A DNA stretch of 64,000 bases, taken from NCBI GenBank assembly GCA_002269645.1, contig NIVC01001378.1:124001-188000 (forward strand), given 5' to 3'. Shown in pieces: positions 36,595 through 50,171 of the stretch (positions within the stretch are counted from its first letter, which is position 1; every line of letters starts with the position of its first letter). The position numbers and the translations under genes were made by a program. The stretch comes from Macrostomum lignano (taxonomy: Eukaryota). Below the pieces are notes generated by a model. It did not search any database. It was not told the origin of the DNA and saw only the letters and a program-made list of their open reading frames with translations.

Positions 36595-37431
36595 CAGTGT
36601 TGGGCATGATACTTTAAAAAAGTATTGTTTTAAAGCGATACTCCAATACCAATACTCTAAAAGGCATTGGCGATATTTGTTGGTCCCATACCAAAATTTG
36701 AGTATCGTGCAATACTTTATTCCAATACTTGGTCCGATACATCATTTTTTTGCATTTTCTCACTTTTCTGCATCTATCAAGCCAAAAATGAAGAAAAAGC
36801 TCTTAGCTACTTAATTTTTAGACACTAAAGACTTTAGTGAGACGTGGCTGATCAGAGAAGAAGATTAAATGGGCAAAATATTGTTATAAATTTTCATTAT
36901 ATTTATATTAGCATTTGCACCTACATAGTACATTAAGATGAAAAGACTACATGATAGATGATACAAAAATAATAATGCGCATGATATGTAAAAACTCCAA
37001 CTCATTGATTAGAAATTGGATGTTACTTGACTTTCACTAAATTAAATTTATGAACAATTTAACAGGAACCTACTCGCTTAATAGCTAATATCATTTCAGA
37101 ATTCAATTCAGAGCAGCTCGAGTGGGATATGCTGGTTGCCCCGGAGAAGTACCAGCCTCATGAGGGTCAAATTGGCCAGTGGAGTGCGCTTTGCATGGAG
37201 AACATCCTTTCTATACTTCCTGTTACTTTTTTTAATACTTTTTAAGCTTTTTAGTCAAATTTATTACTATTAGTTTGATTAAATGTATCAGATTATTGAA
37301 CTTAAGAAAATGTATTGGCAATACCAAGGTCCAATACTGAGAAAAAAGTAACAAGGTCCAATACTCTTATACTCAAATGGTATTGGCAATACTATTGGAG
37401 TATTGGAGTATTGGACCTGTGCTTAACACTG
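36595..37431. mobile_element. Non-autonomous hAT-like DNA transposon (MITE) just upstream of UTP20
   Basis: TIRs CAGTGTTGGGCA and TGCTTAACACTG (10/12 match). Flanks GGCTACTG and GGCTTCTA (6/8, degenerate 8-bp TSD). Subterminal CCAATAC/GTATTGG repeats at both ends. Confidence 0.7.
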
Positions 37432-38259
37432 GGCTTCTATTATATATTAGGGACTAGGCTAATATAGGTCATACATTTTTTAAAAAGCCTAGCCTAGTTT
37501 GATTTGTCTTAATGCTTTAACTATTGTAGGCCTAGTTTAAATCTATTTTGTTACATAATTACTATGCTAAGGATAAAAAAGATTTATAAAACAAAATTAA
37601 GATCTAAAATTAAAACTGGAAATATTTATTCTATATATCTAAACTTGAAGAAGTCTTTATAGGCATAGGAATATAAATAATATCAATAGTGTATTGACAT
37701 TAGATATCAACATTATAACTTATTATGTTACAACATTTTAATATAACACTATATATACTATAATTTAGCTGGTATGGGAATAAGCAGGACATTATTAGTA
37801 TGGCACTGTGTGGATAATATTGACATTATTAGGATAAAACCATTGACAATAAGCACTGCCTTGCATAAATATTATATGAATTCATATAATTCTCAGAATT
37901 TATGCTAACTTACATTAGCCTTGATAATAATTTGTATATTATTATCAAGTCCATTATTAATGACTTTAGTATACATGACAATGATAAGCATACAAACCTT
38001 AAAGATTTAGTGTATTAGATTTAGTATATTTAGATTATTTGCCAAGTCTATCAGAGGACAAATGCCCTTTTTGACAATTTTTACATAATAAAATTTTCAT
38101 GCCATAGGCCATTTTCTTGACTAGGGGCCTATGGTAGGGCAATAGGCCATGGGGCTAACAATGGATATAGCTCACTTAGGTAACAAAGTATGCCCACTTT
38201 GTAACATTATATTCAATTTGGTAATAATAATATTAGTTTGTTTCAATTTTAAGACATTT

Positions 38260-38650
38260 TGTCAAAATCCTTTTTGTCAAATAGTCATTTTGCCATTTTG
38301 TCAAATAGTGGGAAATAGATGCATATGATTTTAAATTTAGGTTAAAGTTACATGTTAAAAATTAAAGTGCAAAGTAAGTGCAAAAAGCAGAATTGAGTAT
38401 TTATGAATACTTATCATGGTTCCCTTTAGTAATTAGAGTAATTAGTAATTAGTTTTTTAGAAACACTTCACTTTAAATAAGAAGTATACTTCTTTCTAAT
38501 ACTGACTTATTTTTTATCAAGTCATCAAATTATAAGCAACTTATCTAGAGTAGAGTATTTACTTTAATTTGAATTGGAAATTATGCACACATCTCTTTTT
38601 AATAGGACTAGGCCTATTTGACAAAATGATCAAATGACTATTTATTGAAA
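38260..38650. mobile_element. Possible degenerate foldback/MITE remnant
   Basis: CATTTTGTCAAATAG (~38296) and CTATTTGACAAAATG (~38615) form an inverted pair. No TSD identified. Confidence 0.3.
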
Positions 38651-41600
38651 ACCTTTGGTCTTGGAAAGAAAGTGGGTAGAAGCTATTACAAAAGTGGACA
38701 CAGCGAAAGTGGCTGATCAAACTGATATATTAGAATTTAAAATTGTACCTGGTGTAAAAAAAGTCTAATTGAGAATCAATTTAATTGAAAAACCAATTCA
38801 AACAAAGACAATTTAGTAAATCTAATACATATCATGATTATTCCATTTTAATCCATGTACATATATATTGCACATGTAGTATTCATACATGTGATGATTT
38901 GAACATGTAAATAGATTGGAAGCAAGCATTATAAAAACTATACATGTATCCATACGCACAGTTGCAATATAGTGCTTTAATGTACATATATATACATTCA
39001 CATTTATATGATATTAACCTTTGATGGTTACATTTAAACAAATATAATATCTGAAACTAATACTTGTGTACTTATATATTGTCTATACAAATTACAATAC
39101 GTATGCAGGGCCCCCCTAGTTCTTTTTACAAATTTAATAACCATACATTACATTTCGAATTTGTGCTAAAACTAAGAAACACTTCTTGTTGTAACATAGC
39201 AGAGAAGAGAACAATGCCTTCACTGCAGTTTGTAAGGAGTTTAATAAGCAATTGAAGAAGAAGTTTTCCAAGCAAACATACTTAGACTATTCTCTGTGTT
39301 AATTAATTTTACTAAGAGAAGTAAAGTAGAAGGAAGTGCATACTGTATATATTACTAAGAACTAGAAGTGATAAGTAGAATACAAAATAGAACCTAGCAG
39401 TACATAGAGAACTATGAAGGCTATGACCCTCTCTCTGATCTCAGTAATGCATAGGATTGGAAATACAAAGTACATATACCAGTAGACCAAAATACCACTC
39501 AGGCTAGAATAATAACAAAACACTAAGAATAATACTCAGACCACTACTTAGACCTATGCTTAGATAAAGTACTCTGACTAATTCTAAGAAACATTCTCAG
39601 ACTTATTCTAGGAGGCTTCAATCTACTTCGGAGAAAGAAATACTTCAGCGAAAGTCAATAATGGCAAAAAATACTTTTGCAATGACCATTTTGTCTAAAG
39701 CTGACCATTTTGGCAAAAAATTTATTTTAAGCTTTGCTGAGAAGTTTTTTATTTTAGAAGTAAGTAAAAAAACCACAAACTTTAAAAAGACTAATTTTAT
39801 CTAAACTTGTTTTTGTTTTGTCACAGTTTAATTTAGTTGATTTATTAGATGCCCTTCCATTATGGTGGAATTTCAAAGTACAATTTTAGGAGCCTAGGAT
39901 TTAATCTGAAAAACCACACCGTCATCATCCCTAATACATCGACTGCATATTGATAGATTGCATGTACATAACATAGCTACAAGCTAAGTCATGAGTTTTT
40001 AAATTTTCTAACTGCAAATAATTTGCAGCAATGAACAATTTATTAAAAGCTTCAATCACCAAAGTGGTATATTTGCAATATATACGTACCGGCGTAGCCC
40101 ATCTTTTTGCCAAACTGGTTACTTTCTTTCGCCGAAATGTATATCTATTGAAAATTAAAATTCACTTTTGCTGAAGCATCTTTTGCCAAAAATTCATTTG
40201 CCAAAATGGGCTGCACCTTTCTAAGAAATATAAATTTAGAATATAACAAGCATACAAACCTTAGAGATTTAGTATATTATGATAGTCTTGGTAGCAGCTA
40301 CCAGTATTAGAACATTTTAAAAAGACAAAAGTTAACCTCTATAACAACTTAATAGCCTTTTCAATAGAATTATATAGAGGTTTAGCCTTGTAACAACTTT
40401 GGTAACATCAGTAAGATTTATAAAAAAGAGAACAAAGAGCACTATTACCACTTGGTATCAGCAATTGGGATATTATTATTAAAGAAAGTGCCCTACAACA
40501 ACTTTGGTGGCTTAATAGAGGGATTAAAGATACCCTTAGGACAACTTTGGTGTCAGAAGTAGGATTTCTTAGTATACAGGAAACACCCCTGTTGGCTGAT
40601 ACATATGCAAAGAAATAACCTTAGAAATACTATAGGTAGGATATATGCAATTCAAACATACTGCTGTGCCTGTAAAGAATACCATTGCCACAATTCACAA
40701 AGTGTAAATTTGGTCAGTCAATGAATTCTAAGGTTCCTACCATAGTGCTGTTTGGCATTAGTATATTGCTTTTGCCAAAATGACTAATAATAGGCCTAAG
40801 GTATCTAACTTTTGCCGAAATGCCCTTTGCCAAAAGGTCTTTGAACCCCCCAAATGACTGTAATCCCAAATGTAGTCCTGTGTTTTTCCCACACTAGACC
40901 TTGCCTGCACTAATACACAATCCAAACTATGGTATTTAATAAATCCTAACTTTCAAAATAAGATAAGTGCTAGGCCTACTTTTGAAATTGGTCAAGTAAT
41001 AAAAACTTGGTAGGCTAGTATAGTATGGTGACTGCATAAATAACAAAATAGTTTCTTTTCAAAATTCAAGCACCTCTTATTATTTGCATTGTAATTTTGT
41101 CATTTAATTTAGATGGTATTTGTTTTATGTTTTGACTGTAAAAATAATTAACTCACCACTTAATGTAAGTCAGTAAGTGTGTAAATCAGTTAGTATAAAT
41201 GCAAAAATAACAACTAGGCCTATAATATAACAATATTAAAACAACTGTCTAAAAACTTTTGTTAATGCATTTTTTACGTTTGACTTTTGTATTTATATTT
41301 TCAAGTAACAGGACTCCCACTTATCCTTAAATCCAGCCTACTGCCTTCCTTATAAATAGCCAATTTTAAGCCCAGTAAAATAGTATTTACTTAGTAGCTA
41401 CTGCTAGTGATTGTATACGTAATCAATCAAGCCAGAAAAGCCAGTATACACGCAGGCTCAGAGTGAGCCCACGCACGCACACTACACGCACGCATTCTAC
41501 AGAAGATTGCCGCGCGTGACGGATGCAAAGTGACCGCAGCATGTGGAGGCCCTACGATGTCAAAGAAAAAAAAATTTAAATACGTTTGCAATAAAACAAC

Positions 41601-43777
41601 TGCTACGGCCTTAAACTTGCAGAACGAATTTTTGTATTGTATTCTATACTATTTTATTCTATAAAATTATATTTTAGAATTTTTAATAGTTAGAATTAAT
41701 GGCCCCTACTCGTCTCTACATTTGTTGATGCAATGAACAAGCGCATATGCAGTACAATCGTCAGCCGAGCCGAATGATTGATTTTTTTATCGAGTACCAG
41801 AAACTCCATAGTGAAATGAAATTAACCTTATTGAAAAATTCATACTTTATGAATACGACGAAAAAAGTTTTCGTTACCTCCAAAGTTAACAATTGCGTCT
41901 TAGAATACAGTTTGAGGTCTAGGGCAGCGTTCTTGTGCCAGCAAGCCCAGGCTCGATTCCAAGTGTAATTACATTAATTTTGGAATCTCGACTTGACTCT
42001 GCTCGTGCAAGGCAAACCTCCAAGGCACAATGGAGTGTAAATGCCTAACGGTAAATAAAGTTAGGGCCGCTGAAACTCCTGTGTGCCTGTGCGTATGAAT
42101 GCGTACGTAAGTGCTTGTGTGCCTGCTCAGGGGAATTGGCGGAATGAGCAGTAATGCCTCTCGCCGGTTGTGTGACAATTCCGATTAAAGTGCGCCACCT
42201 GCCTAGTTGTAATAAATTGATCAGTAAAGCGAATAATTATCCTAATAATAGTTTGGGGATTGCTAATTACGATAAGTTCAAGTAGGCGCGCTATTTTAAG
42301 ATAGTTCGACACCGAAGACAAAAAAAAAGAAACACTAAAACACTAAAGAAAAGTGAAATTCATAATAAAGCATCACTCATTCACAATTCTAGTATAGCAA
42401 CAAGCAACTATAAAACTGTATTTGTTTATATGAAACCAGGCCATTTTAAATGACAAGATTGCACAGGATAAAAAATTACCTTTTTGACAGGAGCCAACTC
42501 GCAAATTAGCCATGCTTATAAATCATAAGCTATTCGCATATAGTACTAGTAGCAATCTAACAGTGAACTAAAACAATATTATTAAAGAATATCATTATTA
42601 GAGTCAGACACACATTATTAACTGCAATAAAACACAATATTAGACTGTCTGCAAAATTAACTGTATTTGAACAGTAGCTTCGTAAACTACTTAAAGTAAT
42701 AAAAACATTTATAAACAGGATTATTAAAAAGCTAGTTCCACACCAAATTCAGGTGTCGTGTTTAGCTAAATAATTTGCGAGGAAAACTCTAAAAGCTTTG
42801 AGAACAACAAACAGAGCAAATTTTTGATAGCATAGTAAAGCATAAAATAATAAAATTAGGCTTACCTTAAAGCATTACAAATTCATATCTTAATACTATA
42901 TAGACAAGTCGGTACAAAAGCATTAGGATAAACAATTAATATTAATTTAATCCAAGCATGAACAGATGCTGCTACTATTGTATAGTAGCAATAAAGATTT
43001 TGACTATTATTATAAAAGATATAAAAACGCACGAATTCAATGATTATATCTTTCGTGCGAAAATAATATTTACATTATTACGATTACATCACAATAATAC
43101 TAATACTAGTCTTTTTATAGTAAGTTTATTCATCATCAAAATATACTAAAAATTTGTTTTTTTTTACACACGCGCAGTTGACTAATTTTCTAAAACAGAG
43201 AACAAAAATGATTAATATAGCTGATGCAAGCAAAGTATTAAAACAATATTATAAGTTACTACAATGGCAGTATTATAACAAAAATCCAAAAAGAAAATGA
43301 ACCTAGAGAATAATTTTAGATTTATTTTTATCCAGTACAATTTATTGTTTGCATTAAAAAGCAATGAATGAAAACCAATTGGGCAACCATGGCAGGCGCA
43401 GAAGCAGAAAAAGCAAAAATTTATTCGTCAATACAGAATAACAAAACCGGTAAGTCTAACGTCAGTTTACAAATTATTAGCAAAGCCAGACAATATATAG
43501 AGAATTTCATGCAGCATTGTTGAAAAAAACCAAAGCACATATAACAGAACTTGACGAGAGAAACAGATCATTATTCGTTGTCATTTTGCTTTAGACTGGT
43601 TTCGTTTATTGATTTTGACTTGAATTTCAACATACCGGCGAAAAATGCTTCTAGCGCTACTCGCTAAAATCATCTGCGCTTGCTATACTAGTAGTGTAGC
43701 GAGGCTTTTCGCGTCTTAATTTTGAACAAACGAACAAAAAAAACTGGTCGCGCAGCAAGTCTGTTGCGGTTTTTTTT

Positions 43778-46700
43778 TCAAACCGAAGTCTCCGAATTCA
43801 GACGGAGCACGAATTTGTGCCGCTTGTTGTCGAATACTTCCTCGCCTAGGCTGAAGAACGGTATTCGCTTCACTGTGCAGAACAGGCTCACATCGCCTTG
43901 GCGCAGGCAGAATTGAACGCCATCGTCTAGCGATCTGGACGGCATGCAGTCGCATAGCAGAGTCCAGGTCTGACGCTTGCGCCCAGCCGGAGCGCGAGGG
44001 TCCTCCACCACGGGGCCCTGGGTCAGGTAGCGTTCAATAAACGCTTTAGCGGACAGTCCGTAGTGAATGCAGTTGGTCAGATGGTGCAGCACCATGTCAG
44101 TAGTATAGCGCGGCTGTTGCTTTGTAATGCGCAAATATTTCTGCAGAGCGCGTAGCATTGTTGGAAACACGGTTTGAGCGGCTTCGTAGGCGCTCATTGG
44201 TTTGCCAATCGGCTGTTGCTGCTGCTGGGGCATGTGCTGCGGCAGGTGCTGCGGACCCATCAGCTCGGAGTTGGTGGCCCGGCGCACGTGCGCGAATGCC
44301 TCTTCAGCGGCTGTGACCAGGCGCGCCCGGCGCTTCCTCAGCCGGCGCTCGTACTCGCATTCGTCATAGAATCGGTCAGCCGCCGACCGACTGCCACCGC
44401 CGCCACCGCCTCCGGCAGCGCTACCTCGACGCTGGTGCCGACCGCTGCTGCTGTGACCTCCGCCATTGCCGCCGCCGCCGTTATCGCCTCCAGCAGCTGC
44501 TGAACCGTTGGCCTGCGAGCCCTGGTCCACGTCGTAGAAACGGTAGCTCCGTCTGTAAATAACAGTAATTTTAAAGGTAGAAAAAACGAAAGTTGCTACT
44601 AACTAGTAGGCTGATGTACATTTTTTTATTTAGTGTTGGTTTACAATTGTAGGTAATGCAGAACACTGTGGAGAATAATTAGGGGAATTATCGCGGCATC
44701 GTGGATAATTATTGGGGAATTATCGCAGTATCGTGGATAATAAATGGGGAAATTATCGTGGAGAATAAATAGGGGAATTATTGCGGCATCGTGGAGAATA
44801 ATTGGGGGAATTATCGTAGAGAATAATAGGGGAATTATTGCGGCATCGTGGAGAATAATTATGGAATTATCGCAGTATCGTGGAGCATAAATAGGGGAAT
44901 TATTGCGGCATCGTGGAGAATAATTGGGGAAATTATTGCGGCATCGGGGAGAATAATTAGGGGAATTATCGTGGAGAATAATTGGGGGAATTATTGCGGC
45001 ATCGTGGAGAATAATTGGGGGAATTATTGCGGCATCGTGGAGAATAATTGGGGGAATTATCGCAGTATCGTTGAGAATAAATAGGGGAATTATTGCGGCA
45101 TCGTGGAGAATAACTTGGGGAATTATCGCAGTATCGTGGAGAATAAATAAGGGAATTATTGCGGCATCGTGGAGAATAATTGGGGGAATTATTGCGGCAT
45201 CGTGGAGAATAATTGGGGGAATTATTGCGGCATCGTGGAGAATAATTGGGGGAATTATCGCAGTATCGTGGAGAATAAATAGGGGAATTATTGCGGCATC
45301 GTGGAGAATAATTGGGGGAGTTATTGCGGCATCGGGGAGAATAATTAGGGGATTTATCGCAGTATCGTGGAGAATAATTGGGGGAATTATTGCGGCATCG
45401 TGACAGCTAAATGAGCATATCAGATACATAGGTCTACTTGCATAGCTACACACAGATTAGAGACGCGCACCTATGAGCCGAACGATTCCTAGCGCTAGCG
45501 TAGGCCTGCTCCAAATACGGATTGAATGCGTTAAAATCGACGGCATATTGTTGCAATACGAGAACAGCGGCCCGTTGAATGCTCAGTTCGCCAACTGGAT
45601 AGATGTGCGACTCGCCGTCCGGGGAGCGCAGCACTTTTATGGCGTATCTGGAATAATTTATGGCAAACTGAGTTTCTTCCGATTTCTAACTTACCGTCAT
45701 ACTACTGTAGGTAGTTGATTAGACTGAGGCGATTCCCTGGCTGGGTGGATTAGGGGCGATTCTTTGGTACTGGATTAGAGGCGATTCTCAGGTTGACTAG
45801 AAAGAGGGGGCGATTCTCAGGTTGGGTGGAATAGGGGCAATTCTCTGGTTGGGTGGAATAGGGGCGATTCTCAGGTTGGGTGGAATAGGGGCAATTCTCA
45901 GGTTGGGTGGAATAGGGGCAATTCTCAGGTTGGGTGGAATAGGGGCAATTCTCAGGTTGGGTGGAATAGGGGCAATTCTCAGGTTGGGTGGAATAGGGGC
46001 AATTCTCAGGTTGGGTGGAATAGGGGCGATTCTCAGGTTGGGTGGAATAGGGGCGATTCTCAGGTTGGGTGGAATAGGGGCAATTCTCAGGTTGGGTGGA
46101 ATAGGGGCGATTCTCAGGTTGGGTGGAATAGGGGCAATTCTCAGATTGGGTGGAATAGGGGCAATTCTCAGGTTGGGTGGAATAGGGGCGATTCTCAGGT
46201 TGGGTGGAATAGGGGCAATTCTTAGGTTGGGTAGATTAGGGGCGATTCTTAGGTAGACTGGATTAGGGGCAATTCTCAGGTTGTGTGGATTAGGGGCAAT
46301 TCTCAGGTTGGGTGGATTAGGGGCGATTCTACATACATAGACAAGCAGCACACAGATCTTGAAAGAGGAGATTATTCCTAACAATGACTAACCTGGCCTG
46401 CAGGTGACGAATCTCAAGCAGCACAACGCCCAAATAGTGCACAAACAGCAGGGCATCTGTGAGTCCAACAGCGAATTCCACAATACTGCTATAATCGGAC
46501 TCTTGATACTGCCAAACTCTCACGCCGTAGAATAGCCAGAATGCGAAAGTGATGACAAATATTAGAAATAATATCAAAACTCGGAATATGTACACCCGGG
46601 GCATTGAAGCTCGGCCACGTCGGAAGAACAGGCACCAGGTGGCCACTAGCAGGATTAGCAGGCGAAATGCCAGACTAATTAGCTTACCTTCGCAGGCGAC

Positions 46701-47973
46701 GCTGCACTCTTTTAACTGTGGGACGCGGAGAATAACGGTGAATCAGGGGCGATTTTCACAGTGAATCAGAGGCAATCATCACAGACGTCACAGTGAATCA
46801 AGGACAATCATCACAGTGAATCAAGGACAATCATCACAGTGAATCAGAGGCAATCATCACAGTGAATCAGAGGCAATCATCACAGTGAATCAGAGGCAAT
46901 CATCACAGTGAATCAGGGGCAATCATCACAGTGAATCAAGGACAATCATCACAGTGAATCAAGGACAATCATCACAGTGAATCAGGGGCAATCATCACAG
47001 TGAATCAGGGGCAGTCATCACAGTGAATCAGGGGCAATCATCACAGTGAATCAGGGGCAATCATCACAGTGAATCAGGGGCAATCATCACAGTGAATCAG
47101 GGACAGTCATCACGGTGAAGAGTAAATAATGGACAATAATCACAGTGAACCATTAACAATAATCACAGTGAATCAGGGCCGATTTTCACAGTAAACCAAG
47201 GCTGATATCACAGTGAGTTATGGAAGATTGTCACAGTGAATGGACGCAGGCTGATTCTCTATGGTGATTGTGGGTAAATGAGAATCAACAGCAAGAAAAG
47301 ATTAGCAAGAGGTTAAAATGCTCAAAGCCTCCCTTACCTCCCAAGTGAAAGCGCCAGCCTTTGGCAGTACAACCATAACCAGAGGCGAGATGAACGCAGC
47401 TAAGCCAAGCGTCACGCTCAGCACAGTGGCCATAGCTCGACCGCAGTCGAAGCCGGCAGCATCGGCAGTGGCAGCGGCGGCAGCGGCCGCGTCCAACTCT
47501 CGACTATAACGAGCCATCTCGTCAGCGCTCATACCAGTTTCACTTGTAGCCCCAGTTAGCGCCGTGTTTGTCTCGCCCCAATTGTCATCCTGGTTTGCCT
47601 GCTGCTGCTGCTGCTGCTGTTGATGCTGCTGCAATCCGCCAAGTTCATTGGGATTGTCGCTGTCAGTCGGAGGCTGGTAATGATATGGCGAGATCATGCT
47701 AGCGGCAGCTATGGATGTTGGCGGCAATGGTGGGGCATAGTTAGGCGGAGGCTGAGGCCTGTAGGCTGAGGCCATCTGAGGCAGCGGAGGCGGCAATGGC
47801 TGCATCTGATGCTGCTGCTGCTGCTGCTGCTGGGAATGAATCTGGCCTGGCCCGTGATGCCTGCCGGAGCTCGATCGCATATCGCCGCCGCCCCGATGAT
47901 GATGAGCCGGCGCCGATCTGTGCGACCTGTCAGATCTGCCGCTGCGAGCCGAGTGCATGCTCTCGACGTCCAT
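43778..47973 (-). CDS. Vang: Van Gogh/Strabismus (Vangl) planar-cell-polarity protein, 636 aa. Exons (minus strand): 47973-47338, 46715-46393, 45647-45471, 44552-43778
   Basis: QDDNWGETNTALTG cluster, four TM segments, CEGKLISLAFRLL, RSPDGESHIY..LSIQRAA, YERRLRKRRARLV.AAEEAF.HVRR, AQTVFP...RALQKYLRITKQQPR, and the C-terminal PDZ motif ETSV. Junctions are phase-consistent; total 1911 nt. Confidence 0.96.
44660..45400. repeat. 33-bp minisatellite (Vang intron 3)
   Basis: GGAGAATAATTGGGGGAATTATTGCGGCATCGT units. Confidence 0.95.
45730..46325. repeat. 27-bp G-rich minisatellite (Vang intron 2)
   Basis: GGC[A/G]ATTCTCAGGTTGGGTGGAATAGG units. Confidence 0.96.
46740..47240. repeat. 23-bp minisatellite (Vang intron 1)
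   Basis: CACAGTGAATCAGGGGCAATCAT units. Confidence 0.93.
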
Positions 47974-49072
47974 GCCTGAGCAGCTGGAACTGATGGCGTT
48001 AGGTATATGTGACAGACAGGTGATAATCGGATAGAGCAATATCAGCGCTTTAATGTGGATAAAGCAGAATAGAATGTATTGATCACCTATTGCTATCGAT
48101 CTTACTGGCTAACAAATCCTTACATTCATTTTGTTTGTATTTCTAGGAATTATGGATTCTCAAATCTCAAGTAAAGCTTTTAGCAAAAAATCTTACTTTT
48201 TGTAGCTTTCATATCAATTTTTTATTTTAAAAACATTGCATACATTAATGACACATCTTTAATGACCAATAGTGAGCTAAATGTTTCTAATAAACTTTTG
48301 TTGTGTCATTGTGTGCTAAAATTTCTGCTAGGCTAATATATCCTACTTAATTGCAGTCATACATGCGCAACAGTCGGCCAAGTCGGCCGATCGATTTGGC
48401 GGCCAACCATGGAAGTCGCAAAAATGCCCACCCGAGAAACACCAAGTAGTAGTACTAAGTAGCTGACGAGGCATTTCGGCTTTTTGAGACAGTTATAGTT
48501 ACTCCTGCCGTTTACCCAAAGTTGCGTTAATAGCGTTTTTTACATGTAAGTAGCATTTTTGGCCAACAACTACGTCGCATTTTTGTTAAAACTAAGTCAA
48601 ATCGAATTTTGGAGGTCGCGCATGTATGATTGCAGTAAAATTGCAGCCAATATTATAGACAATGTCTGGCATAGATTGGTCATTAGCAGTACAGGTGCAG
48701 TCTATTGAGCTGTCCCAGTCTGGCATAGTAAAGTGTCTCGTGGGGTTCAGACCCTGGTTACAAAAGAGATAATGTACACCTTCCTGGATGTGGCATGATG
48801 TCACTGTGAGTAAACTGATTTTAAATTAGTCACTTGCTCATATTGAATTGCAAATGGCAACACTTATTTAGCTGGCAGTTGTATCCCACTGCTTGTTAAA
48901 AAAGCTCATCATAATTTTTCTAGCAGCCTTGCCTCATTTCATTGTCAGTCAAATTAATAAGCTATAGCCCATAGATGCAAGCAACCCTTGTCTTCTAGCA
49001 TGCTACAGATAATATACATGTATAGTATGGGCCCAGGCCTACTAAGTGTATCTCTAATCTAATGTAGTACAA

Positions 49073-50171
49073 TGTAGTAGCGGACACATGTACTTTTGAC
49101 AGAGCCAGCCACTGCTGCTCAAACTGTCTATGGCCCAAATAAATTCGAGCCGTAAAAGGCCCAGCCACAGCACTTTATTAAAAGACAAGCGGTCTTCATC
49201 TCGCCGCACGCGAGCCGCTTCAGTGGTGAGCCCGACTATACTCAGCCGTAGCTGAGTATTTCAAGCTTTTTGCCCGCTGCCTCGTCACAGTTTCGGCCAC
49301 CAGGTCTTCCGAGTCCAGCCAAAGCCATTGGCCACCTCGATCCCTAAATCCGGCTCAGCGCTTCTGACTGGAGCCGCATCAAAGTGACCATGACTGATTC
49401 CTGGTCACTGCGGTTATGCAGTAGGTGAGCAGTGCACTCCGGGTAAGGGGCTCTCGCCTGCCAAAGTTTGCTTGCAACGCCCCACCCGATGGCGACGCTG
49501 CGACGTCGATGCAGCTCACCTCGGCAACGCCTTGTCCCAGCAGCACAGGCGGACACGTCGGACAAAGCATCGGTGCACTTTTCTGCGCTGCAGGCCCCAC
49601 CACACTACCGACAGATCACCACAATGGCATACGTACCAACAGCATCATCATCAGCTTAACCATCCACTGCTGCCGCTGCCCTTGGCCTCAAGGATGCTGG
49701 TGTCTATGACCTCAACTGGCCCACAACGCCACCGGCTCGCAGCTCGATCTATCAGCAGCAAAGTGCTCACACTTTTGGACAGTCCCTGAACACCCACCAT
49801 CGAGCCAGCCTCTGCATGCTTTTGATTTCTGTGCTACTAAGTTTTACATTACCAATTTAGACGCCCCAACCCGGTCATCCACTGCCAGTGACCCTTTTCT
49901 AACCCAGTCGTTTTCATTGCGTTAGTGGCAAAGTAATCGCAGCTGACCCAGCTGTTTGCCACAGCAGCTGAGCTCCCGACGAGCACAATGCAAGAGCAAC
50001 ATCGTCTGGCTCTGGGGGGAGTTGTGTAGCGGACACATGTACTTTTGACAGAGCCAGCCACTGCTGCTCAAACTGTCTATGGCCCAAATAAACTCGAGCC
50101 GTAAAAGGCCCAGCCGCAGCACTTTATTAAAAGACAAGCAGTCTTCATCTCGCCGCACGCGAGCCACTTTG
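49073..50171 (+). mobile_element. Small non-autonomous LTR retroelement (TRIM-like): LTR1 49073-49222, LTR2 50023-50171
   Basis: ~150-bp direct repeats (6 substitutions + 1 indel) starting with TGT; LTR1 ends in CA. PBS-like TGGTGAGCCCGAC at 49224-49236. Purine tract GGGGGGAG at 50014-50021 just before LTR2. AATAAA inside the LTR. No gag/pol ORF recognised. Confidence 0.8.

Noticed and set aside
46676-46715. 28-nt microexon in Vang (donor-like G|GTAAGC at 46687)
   Set aside because: Reading straight through gives CEGKLISLAFRLL, the conserved Vang sequence.
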